A DNA stretch of 64,000 bases from the human T2T-CHM13v2.0 reference genome, Homo sapiens, in assembly GCF_009914755.1 (NCBI RefSeq), contig NC_060926.1. The stretch is one strand, 5' to 3'. Position 1 is the first letter of the stretch. Each line of letters opens with the position of its first letter. Both the position numbers and the translations under genes were made by a program. A model generated the notes under the pieces. The model searched no databases. It was not told where the DNA came from and worked only from the letters and a program-made list of their open reading frames with translations. Shown piece after piece: positions 14,446-28,880 of this stretch.

Positions 14446-17400
14446 CAATTCACCTCCAATAACTGATATCCCTTCTGGGAGCTCCAATTTCCTCTCCATC
14501 CTCCTTTGCTCTCTCTGCCCACTCCAGAAATGAAATGGGAAGGGACTGACAGATATGGGAGTTCAAAGGTCAGATATATTGCATTGCATACATCTCTAAA
14601 TTGCTCAGGCCTCTCCATAGTACATGTAAAATCCAAAGTCATGTATCCACTTTCCTGGGTGGGGAGGGAGTGCTTACAGGGAAATAGGCCTCCTATCCCA
14701 TGAGTCATCATCCCCTAGCCCTCTGCCTGGGTGACAGCAGAAACAGATCTCAAAACACCTGTAAGCCAGGATACAAACTGGAGCTGTGGGCAACATGCCA
14801 GCCTTGCAGACAGACATCTTTTCTATGATTTGGGCTGTCCTGGGAGAGGCCAGAACCATTAATACAGTCCCAGAAACTGCCTCTTCACCTCTTCTCCATG
14901 AATGGGTGAATTTGGGATCTGCCTCAGACTTGAAATGCCGATCCTATTTCTGAATTCACAGTAACCCACAAGGAAAAACCATTAGCATTTCATGCATTAT
15001 AAGGCCTCTCAGACATCTTTCTGTCCTCTCAGACAGCCCAAATCACAAGCAATGCAACGGTTTTGCTTTCTCCTAACTGGTGCTTTTTCATTTTTACTAT
15101 TTTAGTCATGGTCCTGCTCAGGTTTAGGAAGCTATCTTTGGTCTGAGCCAAATGGGCTGCTCCAGGCCCCTCACCACAAAACATGGAAGAACAATCAGCT
15201 CTTCCCTCCCCCACAAATAGCCCCATCAGCATCATTGTGTACCTCCAGACAAGACACTTGGGCAGACACAGGAAGAAAATAAGCTGAGCTGTGCCTACTT
15301 TCCTTCTGTATAATTGAAGAGCCCACATCATAGAAGAGTTAAATGCCTTTTCTATAAATCAGAGCCTATATAAAAATAATAAACCCATTTCTCCAAACAT
15401 GATAAATAGCAAAATCAATCCCAGTGTCAGAACCTAACCTTGAATTTTCATAGGGAAAATGAACGGAACCATAATGATACATGTTGTCTGAAACACAGAA
15501 CATGGTATAGCAAGGTGTATCTACTCCATGGGGATGTCTGCAATGGAGACTGTATCTGAATGAGGCTGGGGAGGCAATGATAATGTGAGAGAGGCTAGTC
15601 CTGCATGGCCAGCTGCCTAACTGCAGACAGCATATGTCCTCAGAGAAAGGAGAGACCAGGCTGTTCCAAGTATGATCACCACAAGGCCCGAAGTGCTTTT
15701 CAATAGGCTGGCTGTCTCTCTGGAGGTCATGGGGAGCTCATCCAGTTACACTTAGTGTCTTATTTGATCCTATCAATAATCATTTGATTCCAATCCTGCT
15801 GAAAAATGCTTGGCCAAATTTTCTTGCCTTTTAATGGCAGAATCCTGGCTCCTACTGAAATCAGCATTGCTAGATGTGTCAAATGATGCATAAGGGCTTG
15901 GTCCAGCTGCCAAATGTACTGGGCCACTGAGGGAGGGCTTGGGATGCCCACAATGCTTCCCTACAGCCAATAGCAGAGAAGCCCTTGGAGCACAGCCTTT
16001 CTACATAAACCTCCCCACTCAGCAGCTCCAACACCTTATTTAAGACTTGAGTGGAGTATATTCTTTAAATGAATTAAGCATGTGACTCTTCAGAGACACC
16101 CACTGATAGCTTCATGCAACCTACCTGTTTACAGTTGGCAGGTTCGGGGCTGTAGAAATGAGCCCTTTTGCCTGTCACCAACATCTGACAACAGCTGATA
16201 CAGACTGCTGGATTCTATGGTCATTTGATAAAAGGTGATGGGGAAGCTCCACAGATGCTCAGAGGCATGAAACTAGAAGATAATCTGCATTTCCAGAGAA
16301 GTCATTTTTATATCCATTACTAAAACACTGGGCACTAAAACAGAATGTTGCATGTATAAACCACACAAACCACAATGACATTAAAGCCCAGCTGTTCTTT
16401 ACAAAAACATCTTGGGTGGAACAACAGTATCAGTCTTCCATCTCAGTTCACTGAAGGCACTATCAAACTCATCAGTGCCTCTTAGGATGGTCTATATAAA
16501 TTCCAGCACTAAATGAAAAGGGCTCACTTTAGGTGCCAGTGTCACTAACACTAATGTTGAAATGTGCATCCGCACTCTGTTTTTCTTGGGGGTCACATAC
16601 TAGTATGTATTCTGTGCAATGACTAGGGAACCTCAGCTTCTGAATATCCCTCCTGCATGAGAGTACTCGTGTGTGTGTGTATGTGTGTGCACAAGCATGC
16701 AAGATACTTGTAGCTCTACAATGGGCCCTTTTCAATGGTTTCCATCCAATTAATATTAGACATTAGTAGCCAGTGGAGCATAAGAACTTCATTTATTTCT
16801 GATGATGAGAATGATAGAAAAGAAGCTGGGTTTGCTTGATGGAATTTGTGTAGGCTTTTTAAAAGCCTGATTTCTTTTCTGTGCCTTTCTTATTCATTTA
16901 CATTGTATATTTTATTCACAAGTCTTCCCCAGTTGTCTTACAAGAAGAACATCGATTCAAAACCACCTGGTTTTCCAGTCAAAGGATACTCTGGAAAGAG
17001 TTAGAAGTAAGTGCCTGCACACACACACACCCCCAACTCAGTGAATATGGCAAGAAATGAGGGAGTAAATGAAACAGAAAAATCTCATTTTAGGAGTCTC
17101 CAGCAGGGAGATCTGCAGTGAAACAAGCTGCCAGAGACTATCATCAAGAGCTGCTGCTGCAGACGTTCAAGCTAAGAATCAGAGGGGAAAGGAGGAGTGG
17201 GGAAAGGTAAGAAAAGCAGGAAAACCAACGATGGTTTCTCCCTGGCTTCATAGTGACTCCCCAAAGGAAGACAATCTTGACAACTTTCCTTCCTTCCTCC
17301 ACACCTCCCTCCTGTCCTCTGTTCCTTAGTTTCTCTGGGGCTTTCCCAACAACATGTAAGAGAAAGGATGAGTCGAGAGTGCATAGCAGACTGGGTGGGG

Positions 17401-17927
17401 GTGGGAGGGGGAGAATAAATAAATAAAGAAGAGACAATCCCTGGCAATACCTGCCCAAGCCAACGTTTGGAATGGGGACAGTTGGGTGAGATTCAATAAT
17501 ATGAAGAGAAATTCTATATTCCCTGAGAAGGTACCATATTTCCCAAATCTGTGCTGGCCAGGAACAAGAGGGAGAGAAGGGCAATAGTTTTGACATCTAC
17601 TACTAAGCTTGGAACCTGGAAGTAATCGGGGCATTTCAACTGTCCCGGGGCCCAGGAAGAGGGGCGCCCAATTTTGTCTCGGACAGCGTATAAGTCCAGA
17701 GAAGAAGGCGCTCTGCCAAGAGTATGAAACTTTTCCCCCAACTTGGTTGCTAAAGAGGAAGGAAGACCCCTGAACTGCGTTCAGGGAGAAAACAAGAAAC
17801 TACGGTCTGATTCGGGAAGGAGGTTTGCGGGAGGAAGGAGGGCGATGAAGCAGAGCTGAGGTTTTAGAAAGTGGGGTGGAAGTGAAGATTATTTAATGGT
17901 TGCATATCAATGTGACTAAAAACACTA

Positions 17928-19578
<1,651 letters not shown>

Positions 19579-19599
19579 GGCTGAGCCGCGCGAGCGCGC

Positions 19600-19745
19600 G
19601 CAGGGAGGGGGCGGGGCCCGGAGGGGGCGGGGCTCACAAGCCAACTCCGCGCTGCTGCCCGACCCACGCAGTCCGGCCTCGCCCCGCCCCACCCGCACCC
19701 TCCAACCAATGGCGTGGCTCGATCGGCTCCTATGCAAATCTGCAG
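19600..19745 (-). promoter_or_regulatory. ALK proximal promoter: three Sp/KLF GC boxes, CCAAT box, octamer; no obvious TATA box
   Basis: GGGGCGGGGC at 19608-19617 and 19624-19633 (direct repeat GGAGGGGGCGGGGC, 16 bp period); GCCCCGCCCC at 19681-19690; AACCAATGG with CCAAT at 19706-19710; ATGCAAAT at 19732-19739. Confidence 0.75.
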
Positions 19746-21268
19746 AGGCCTCGGCATTCATTGAGAAAAGGAGTGAGCCCGCCCCACCCTCCCTCTGTTC
19801 CCTCTCCAGTCTCTTGTTCTTCCCCTCCTCTAGATTCCCTGCCCTATTTCTCTGCAGTGTGAAAGGGAGCAAATGTGAGAACTGGAAGAGGCCTTTGCAA
19901 TCAAGCACTCTCCCTAATTATACATTTAAGAGATTAAACGGGTCCGACTTCGGAAAAACAGGTTCCAGAATAAAACTGGAGGAGAGGGGAAGGGAGGGGG
20001 GAGTGGGAAGGGAGGAGGAAGTGGGGAGAGGGTGGCAGCGCGACACTGGCAAATCTGAGAACAGCTTGTATTAAGGCCCTGAGACAGAATATTTTCTGAC
20101 CCATCTATTATTTGAATGCATTCCTGGGAGCTTAGGAGTCCTGCCGTCCACACAGGAGAATTTGGGAATAGGGGGGCAGAGAGGGATGGATGGTCTTGGT
20201 CTGGCAGAGTTGTTCTGCAGCTACAACAAATACCTTTCAGACCCCTGTCAGTCGCTCTGTTTTCTCAGAATGGTGTCTGAACATGTGTAACCTCCCCTAG
20301 TCTCTGTAAGGCAAACATTTTAATTCCAGATTTACAGATGCAGAAACTGAGTTGCAGAGCATTTAATTGTTTGCCCACAATCTTGGGAATGAGGGTTCAG
20401 AACCTTAGGCCTTTTTTACTCACCTGTAATGGCTGTACCTCTCCTCTCCCTTTCCTTTCGTCTCTCCTGAGCTGCCAACACAGAACTCATAATAGCTGTT
20501 TTTATAACAAGTGGTTCACTAGATCCTCAGACAAAACTACCATCTTTGGGTCACACAAATCCCCTTGATTCCTTCTTAAAGGCTGGTTGTCAGGCCTTGG
20601 GCTGACTGTTGAAGCTAAGAATAAGGCAAGATCCTCTCTGGAGCTCACGGCCTGTCGGGTAGCACAGGAGTTTTCTCACAGGATCAGAGCACAGTGTCAC
20701 ATTGAACCTCCCTCACTGAGCTCCTGGGGGCCGCAGTAACTTGCCTACCACCCCACAGGAGATAGTGGCCAGGTGGAACCTCTGTTCTCCTAGGAGCTGG
20801 GCCTTTCCAGCTTTGTGGCAATGCCTTGGCAAGTGGAAGACCCAGTAACAAAGGAATATTGATTCTCGGAATGGCTTTCTTCCTGCTCTATGTTTGGCAA
20901 CTCACTTAATTTGACAGGCATCTGCCCTCTCTCTGGAAGTCACACTGGATACACTGACTTTACAAGTTTCAGGGCAAAGAATTATCTCACCCGAGAAGAA
21001 AATATGCTCCTATCTTGGTGGAGGAAGGGTGGAAAAGAAAGAAAAGAGGGAGGAAAATGCTATGGTAGTTAATACTTTCCTGGTACAATATATGTTTGAT
21101 TTTCATCAGATTTTTCTGACATACCTACTGGAAGAGGAATTTTTATTTGAAATATGAAAAAAGACTAAAACTCCAGCCTTTCCCTATTTCTCTATACAAT
21201 TCTTGACCAAAGGCATTACTGACTCCAGTTAATTTGTCAGTTAACTGTGAATCGTCTGCTGCACCCAA

Positions 21269-21286
21269 TGGCCACTAGGGGGCTGC
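21269..21286 (+). promoter_or_regulatory. CTCF core motif
   Basis: TGGCCACTAGGGGGCTGC matches the CTCF core (TGGCCACYAGRKGGC), in apparently unique sequence. Confidence 0.7.
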
Positions 21287-21519
21287 AGAGACTTGAAACT
21301 TTAAATGAGCTGCCAGGGTTTAACGTTCTCTAATAATACCCCTGTCCATTGCTTTTGCACCTCATAGACACAAGAGTCTCAATTAATTCTCATGATTTAT
21401 ACATTGTCTCAAACTTTTCCCAAGGAAAAATAAGTGCCTTTCCCTGTAGATTAAATGACACTAAATCTCAAAAAATTTCTTCTTTTTTAGATAATTTTTT
21501 TTTAAAGGAGGCAGGAATT

Positions 21520-21725
21520 AATACTGATAGTCTACCAGGCACGAATGTATGCATCTGTAGACATGTGGGTGTCTAACACATCACACAGTTTTTTTGGGAA
21601 AGGGTATATGTTATTATTTCTATTACAGAGATAAAACAGCTAAGGCTCAGAAAGGCAAAATAATTTGCCCAAGGTAAAACAGCAAGCAAATAACAGAGTT
21701 GGAATTCAAACCGCTGACTCTTTTC
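21520..21725. mobile_element. MIR SINE
   Basis: attacagagataaaacagctaaggctcagaaaggcaaaataatttgcccaaggt...ggaattcaaacc. Confidence 0.6.
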
Positions 21726-22125
21726 CTCCAACATTTACACAACCCACTGAGAAAAGTTAGGACCTTAACTCATGCCCAAATTTATAATTTTAACACCCCA
21801 TCCTATATAATTTCCATCAAAAGGATGGGAGACGGGAAAATGAATTTAAGAGCACATAGGGGAAATAGACAGAAAGATGAAAAGTGTGAGAATGATTGCT
21901 AACACATCTTGTGCACTTATTATGATCTATTTCAAAAAGACTTTCATTCACTATCTCATTTCATATTCCCAGTAACACTCTGAGGAAAAGTAATAGTATC
22001 TCTTTTCTACAGATCACAAATAGAAGCTCAGGGAGGTTAACTCCCCGACAAAGCTACACAGGTAACTAGAGCTGAACCTGGATACCTGACTAAGAAGTTC
22101 ATGCTCTTAAATTCTGGGTGATCTC

Positions 22126-22380
22126 CCGCATGTTCTCACTCATAGGTGGGAATTGAACAATGAGAACACATGGACACAGGAAGGGGAACATCACACTCCG
22201 GGGACTGTTGTGGGGTGGGGGGAGGGGGGAGGGATAGCATTAGGAGATATACCTAATGTAAATGACGAGTTAATGGGTGCAGCACACCAACATGGCACAT
22301 GTATACACATGTAACAAACCTGCACATTGTGCACATGTACCCTAAAACTTAAAGTATAATAATAATAAAATAAAATAAAA
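22126..22380 (+). mobile_element. 5'-truncated young L1 3' end (L1PA2/L1PA3-like) with TSD
   Basis: Typical L1 3'UTR (ggagatatacctaatgtaaatgacgag...ccctaaaacttaaagtataat) and A-rich tail. TSD ttctgggtgatctc at 22112-22125 and 22382-22395. Confidence 0.93.
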
Positions 22381-22849
22381 TTTCTGGGTGATCTCACAAT
22401 AGAGAAAATGGGATGAGGTAAAATGGATTGAGATGAGCCAAGATCAACAGAGGAAGAAGCTGAAAGGCCAAATCAGAGAGATGGGGAGTGGAAGTGGCAG
22501 ACATAGATTCTGACATAGATACTGGAATCCCCAAGGAGACAATTAGGTGGGCTGCTCTGTGTCACCTTGCAGATGACTTGGGCCATTGGGCTGGGGGAGG
22601 AGGAATGTGAGTTGACCATGTACCAAGAGAGGAAGTGGCCAAAGAGGACACTGAGACCACCAACAACCTCCTCAGGAAATTCCCAATTTCTGGAAAGGGC
22701 AAAGTGAACAACTCAGTCAAGGAGGTACATAAATTCTCTATAAGAGAAGTAATAATAAAAATGACATGAGAAATTCAGCAATGTGACTTAAGGTAAAACA
22801 TATCTCACAACTGCAAAATCTGATTGGGACATATAGGATCAAGTTAGGC

Positions 22850-23430
22850 ATTTTGTTGGTCAACAGATACTCCTCGTGTACCTAATGTATACAGGATGTT
22901 GTTCTATGTTCCAGGAATTTTTTGCTCTGGACAAAATAAAAGGTCCTTCACCTTAAGAAGCTTACACTCTAATGATGAGAAACAGATAATAAATGTGCAA
23001 GCACATAAAGTAATTTAAGATAATAATAGTTGCTATAAAAAACAAAATAGGGCCATGCGGTAGATGACTTGGGACAGCAGGTGCGGGTGCTGTCCTAGCT
23101 CTACCTTCATAGTTGAAGAAGTCCTCTTTAAGGAGGTTACAGTTAAGTCCTGATTGGTGGGAAAGAGGCAGTCATGAAAAGCTTTCGAGAAAGAACGTTC
23201 TAAGCAAAGGAATATCACAGGCAATGGTCCTGAGATGAGAATAGCTTTGCATGTCCAGTAGACAGTAAGAAATCAATCTGGCTGGAACATAGTGAACAGA
23301 AGACAGAAAGGTGGAGGGGCAGCCAAGGTCTAGATCTTCTACAGTTGGATAGGCCATGGTAACAAGTTTGCATTTTGATTGCAATGGGAAGACACTACTT
23401 TAGCGGAAAGTCTCATACTCTGATTTATGC
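22850..23430. mobile_element. L2 LINE fragment
   Basis: Degenerate L2-like 3' region motifs (cttacactctaatg, ggctggaacatagtga, ggccatggtaacaagtttgcatttt). Confidence 0.55.
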
Positions 23431-23437
23431 TGTAGAC

Positions 23438-23710
23438 TTGCACTGTTTAATATGGTAGCCATTAGTCATATGTGGCAATTGAACACATGAAATATGCCTC
23501 ATCCAAACTCAAATGGGCTCTAAGTGTAAAGTACACACCACATTTCTAATGTTTATTATGAAAAAAATATATAAAATCCCTCCTTAGTATTTTTCATATT
23601 GAATACATGTTTAAATGATAATATTTTGGGTATATCAGGTTACATAAAATATATTATTCAAGTTAATTTTACTTTATTAAATTAATTTTACTTTAGTTAA
23701 TGTAGCTAGT
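23438..23710 (+). mobile_element. MER33-like hAT-Charlie MITE
   Basis: gcactgtttaatatggtagccattagtcatatgtggc...taagtgtaaagtacacacc...aaatgataatattttggg matches my recall of the MER33 consensus. Confidence 0.7.
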
Positions 23711-23962
23711 ATTCTGGGCTTGGTCAAGAGTTTTAACCTCTTGGCCTTATCTCTCCTGTTTAAAAGTGGATTATAATCTATTTCTGACAAAGTTGTCGTG
23801 ACAAATATAGCAAATGTGAAAATTCCTAAGGGCATGATAGGTACCCTTACCTTCGCTAAGCTAAAGCAAGTCAATAATCATGGTCAAATGTCAAAAATAA
23901 AGACAGGATACAGTTGTATTCTGGCTGGGGGAAACCACGTGTTATATGAGAGAGACAGAGAT

Positions 23963-24090
23963 TGAGAGAGAGAAGAGGAAGAAGAGGAAGAAGAAGAAGA
24001 GGAAGAGGAAGAAGAAGGAGGAGGAGGAGGAGCAGCAGCAGCAGGAGCAGGAGCAGCAGCAGCAAGCAGGAGGGAGGTGAGGAGGAGAAG
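23963..24090 (+). repeat. Compound trinucleotide repeat (GAA)->(GGA)->(GCA)
   Basis: Direct reading; it explains the poly-R/S and poly-L ORFs in the track. Confidence 0.92.
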
Positions 24091-24757
24091 GGGGATAAAA
24101 AGGCAAGAGACAAATCAATAAGTAGACCTGAAACTAGATATCAGAGTATACTTATTGCTAAGGCATTTGGAAACCCATGACCAAAGGAACTTACCCTGGG
24201 CCAAGAGCAAGAATTGGCACCCAGAAGAAACATTCAAATGAACCAAGACTTGTGTTCAGGAAAGTAGATTTTCATCCCAGCCTTTCTTCTCAGAGGTTCT
24301 GTGACTTTGGGAAAACCTTTGGCTTATCCAGACTCCTGTTTCAAATTAGAAGAAAGGACCAAGTATAGTCTTTAAGATACAAGTCTGAAATCCTCTGTGA
24401 AATTCTTCAAGTGGCCAAAAGGTCTCATTCAAGACCGGGGACCGGAGTTGACAGGTACTAGAAGAAGACTGTGAGTTTCCAGCACAACCAGGAAGAGAGC
24501 TGGGCCCCAATGCTGCAGAGAGGAAAAACCAAACCAGGATTTCTTTTAAAATATGCTCTGCCACATGGCAAGCCTGAGCTCTGAATCTGTAGCCTGACAC
24601 TGCTGACCAGTCACATACAAGATATCTTGTAAGGATCGACATGCTAAGAGGAGGGTAGTTAAAGTCATTAAATATTAATTTAAGCACCTACCATATGCTT
24701 TGCTGTATGTGATGTGCCATGGAGAGAGACCATGGTGAATAAGACAGTCTAAGTTCC

Positions 24758-25404
24758 ACTTTTACACTGTTGGTGGGAGTGTAAATTAGTTCAACCATTG
24801 TGGAAGATAGTGTGGCAATTCCTCAAGGATCTAGAACTAGAAATACCATTTCACCCAGCCATTCCATTACTGGGTATATACCCAAAGGATTATAAATCAT
24901 GCTGCTATAAAGACATATGCACACGTATGTTTCTTGCAGCACTATTCACAACAGCAAAGACTTGGAACCAACTCAAATGTCCATCAATGACAGACTGCAT
25001 TAAGACAATGTGGCACATATACACTATGGAATACTATGCAGCCATAAAAAATGATGAGTTCATGTCCTTTGCAGGGACATGGATGAAGCTGGAAACCATC
25101 ATTCTCAGCAAACTATCACAAGGACAGAAAACCAAATGCTGTACGTTCTCACTCATAGGTGGGAATTGAACAATGAGAACACTTGGACACAGGGCAGGGA
25201 ACATCACATACAGGGGCCTGTTGGGGGATGGGGGATGGGGGAGGGATAGCATTAGGAGAAATACCTAAAGTAAATGACGAGTTAATGGGTGCAGCACACC
25301 AACATGGCACATGTATACCCATGTAACAAACCTGCACGTTGTGCACATGTACCAGAGAACTTAAATTTACAATTTAAACTTATAATTTAAAAATATATAT
25401 TAAA
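24758..25404 (+). mobile_element. 5'-truncated L1PA (approx. L1PA5-6) with ORF2 C-terminus and 3'UTR
   Basis: ORF 24798..25169 is the L1 ORF2p C-terminus (WQFLKDLELEIPF...WMKLETIILSKLSQGQKTK...FSLIGGN*). Degenerate TSD aagacagtctaagttcc (24741-24757) / aaaacaatctaggttcc (25405-25421). Confidence 0.93.
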
Positions 25405-25672
25405 AAAACAATCTAGGTTCCTACTACCATGGGGCATTGATAAAATTAAATGAAAAATACCCAGAGTATGAAATAGAATTCACACCTATGCTACAACTCA
25501 GCAAAAATTAAAAACACAAAAAAAACAAAAACTGGAGGAAATCATTGAAAAATAGATTTATTTGGATGGCAGAATTATGAGTGACTTTTTTCCTTCTCCT
25601 TTTTTTTAACAAATGACTTTTAATAGTTTTGTAGATAACATAGTAATAGAATTTGCTCCCCATAAAGAAAGC

Positions 25673-26020
25673 GTATTAGGGTAGCTAGGTTATGATGTAA
25701 TAACAACCAACCCCTGCCCCTCCAAATCTAAGTAAATTAAAAACAATATATTGAAATATATTCTTCTCATAATCCATGTCCATTTCAGGTGAGCAGAGGG
25801 CTCTGATCATCATAGTCACTTAGAGATCCAGGCTGAGGGAGCACCCACTCTTGTAAACTTGGAGGATCTTGCACCCACAAGTAAATCCTCCAGCCTGGAA
25901 ATGGCACATGTCGCTTCCATTCACAACTCTGGCTGGGAAGATTTACATCGTCCCACCCTATCATGAGAGGGCCTGCAAGGTGGAGAGTCAGAAATATCTA
26001 GCAAATGGGCTTACCAACTC
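25673..26020 (-). mobile_element. Old MaLR LTR (MLT1-type)
   Basis: gtattagggtagctaggttatgatgtaataaca start and cctggaaatggcacatgtcgcttccattcaca segment, both typical of old MLT1 LTRs. Confidence 0.5.
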
Positions 26021-28359
26021 CCAAAGAAGGGGGAGACCTGCAAGCATTGCATTAGATGACTTAGACTAGGAAGGGTCCACAAGACTAGAGTTACCCAGAG
26101 AAAAAAATGACCTCAACTCCCCAGGGATCCACAGTCCAGGTGGGGAGTCCAACCGTCATCAGAGAGCACAATCTCTCCTCGATATGCTTCAGTCTGTGAA
26201 TATATCATCGTGGAAACAATGAGAGTTATCTGGCAGCTGGATAAGAGGTGGCATAGACACAAGAAAAGCCTTTCCCAAAGAGTGACAGCTCTCTCCTAAA
26301 AACTAGAAACAACCTCACATCTACAGAAGAGGGGAGAAACAGCAAGAGAGATAGAAGCACATTGTGTCCAACACTGAACATTTCACAGCAATCCCTGTTC
26401 TTGCCAAAGCACAGTACATCAGGGAAGAGGGGTGGGAGCTATTACTGTAACGAACAAGTGTTGGTCTTATCACCTGCTGCTATTCTAATACGCTCTTGCC
26501 TTTTTAAATATCCTTTTGAGCTGAGGAAGACAAAGAAACCCTTTTTGGGTAATTTGGTTATCGACACAGCCTTCTTGAAAAGCCTTTTAAAGGGCTCCAA
26601 ACCCACGTGCAGTGTCCTTTCCATGTAGTTCTCTCTGCCTTGCAGTCAGAATTGTGGTCTGTGACTTTTAGTGGCATCATGGAGAAGCCTTTGGTGTCTT
26701 AGAGCTTAGACATGTCTGTGAGGTGGGTCAGATCAACTGTAGGCAAGTCAATCTCTGAGCTATAGATTACATCCAATTGACCTGCTGCAGTTGTCAACTG
26801 GACAAATAATGGTCAAATAAAAGACAGCTCCCACTGGCCAGTCTAATCTGATCTATCAGCTCTCATGTGCATTGTCATGCCTGGGCCTCCGTCCTTGCCT
26901 TCCTTTCTTATCCAGACCCTAGGATGGCAGAATGCCTTTGACTGAGCCCCATCCCCATTCAGAGATCAATCTTGGTTCTATCTAGGAGGAATTAAGACCA
27001 CGCAGCTCAACATCAACTCCCTCTCATATTAATTCCCCTCTCACTTCGAATCCCATTTCTAATAAATTGAGTGAATCCTATTTTGTCCTGCCTCTATGAC
27101 CAAGCCACACTCTGTCCCTAATTTCTTAAAAGACTGTTTCTTAACCTTGTTCTTATAGGACCCTCCCCCAGGCACTGCCCTTCCTCTGAGGTCTGCTACC
27201 CCCTAACTGGCTTCCATGATGCCAGTACCTTGCTGGCCCAGCTGTGTGCACACCAGGTCCTAGACCTCTCTTTGGGAAATAAACTAGTTACCTACCTCTC
27301 ATCCATTTTCCCTTTCTTGTGATTAAGCCTACGGCCAAGGGGGGCATTATTAATTACCATGGGACCTCAGTCATAGCCATAGCTGATTAGATCAGAGGTG
27401 AACACCTGACTCCAGGGAAGCTAAGCCCCAGGCCAGGTTGAGCCAATCAGCTTTTCTCTCCAAAATTTGAACTAGGAAGCCCAGACTGTGTGGAGCTGAC
27501 ATTTGAGTCATGTTAATAGTGGAGCACCTAAATGCCTGAGGACTGGTGGTTTCCATCAGATCTGTGATCTTATAATGAACACCTCACCTTGAGAAAATTT
27601 GGGATGGACTTTGCTCCTGGCAAATAAAACTAAGATAAGCTGGGACTTGCCCTTTCCCTCTTCACTGGTCCCTGTTGGCACTGACTCCCTGCATAGGCCC
27701 CACCTAAACACTTTTCTCAAAGTCTCATGGGTATCTGACCCCCAGCACCTGTCTACCCTGGTATCCAGGACTGGCCTTGTTCATCCCATTGTGACAGAAC
27801 CCCAGAGTCCTCTGCTGTCACCCCTTGCTGATTGTGAACTGAGTACCCAAGTGGATTTAACCAGCACTAGGAAAACATAGGTCCATCATGACCATATTTT
27901 CAGAGCCACCAATCTGGATATGCAGTCAGGTGGGACTTCTGTATAGAGCATATTTCCACATATGAGGCAATTTGGGAGAAGTAGCTTGGATGCTACGATG
28001 TCAATATTTTGCAGATATTTTGAAGCATTTTGGAAAATAAAGTTACATCAAGGCTGATCCAATGCATCCAGGATACAAGGTTGTAACACCACCAGCCAAT
28101 ATCTGCACCCCTAGCTGGTGGGACAACAGTCCTGTAAACAGGGAGTGAAATCAGTGTCAGAAGGGAAAAGCCTCCTCTGTGTCTACTTCCCCTTTCCAAG
28201 TCCCAAACCCTGTCTCATGGCTCCTGATGGCTTAGCAGCCAGTATGGCCCAGATAGCCAGTCCTCATCCTGTAAAACAGACCCTCGACTCTCCCACCAGT
28301 CCAAGATGTCTGGCCCTGTGGTAATAGCCGAGCTCTGGAGTCTTGCTCATTACTTTGAG

Positions 28360-28880
28360 AAGCATATGTCCACTGATGTTAACCAGCCTCGAAAACAGTC
28401 CCACCTTCTCATATTTGCACACTTGTCCATTGCCTTCCCACAGTGACTAGGGCTAACCAGTGTCACCAATAGGATATGCAGAAATGAGAGTATGATTTCT
28501 GAGTTTGGTCATAAAAGACACTTTGGCTCTCTTGGATCACTTGCTCTGAGGGAAGCCAGTTGCCATGTTGTAAGGATATTTAAGAAGCCCTGTGGAGATG
28601 TCCATGTGGCAAGGAACAAAGGACTCCTGCCAAGAGTCAGCTGTAACTTGCCAGGCATGTGAATAAGCCATCTTGGAAGTAGATGCTCCAGCCCCAGGCA
28701 AGCCTTCAGATGCCTGGAGCCTCAGCCAATACCCTGACTATAACCTTGTAAGAGACCCTGAACGAGAATCACCTGCTTAGGTCAGGTTTTTGACTCACAT
28801 AACCTGTGAGATAATAAATATTTATTGTATTTTTGGTGGCTAAGTTCTGGATTAATTTGTTTTGCAGTAATAGATAACAG
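28360..28880 (+). mobile_element. MaLR LTR (MLT1F-like)
   Basis: cttgctctgagggaagccagttgccatgttgtaagga...gccatcttggaagtagatgctccagcccca...gagataataaata...ttgttttgcagtaatagataac. Confidence 0.75.

Noticed and set aside
15560-16350. Possible RTE/L4-like LINE relic (a KARSAF-like translation near 15682)
   Set aside because: One short motif only; I could not extend the similarity by eye. A Dfam search would be needed.
24798-25169. 123-aa ORF (and 56539..56859) as host genes
   Set aside because: Both are L1 ORF2p remnants inside truncated elements.
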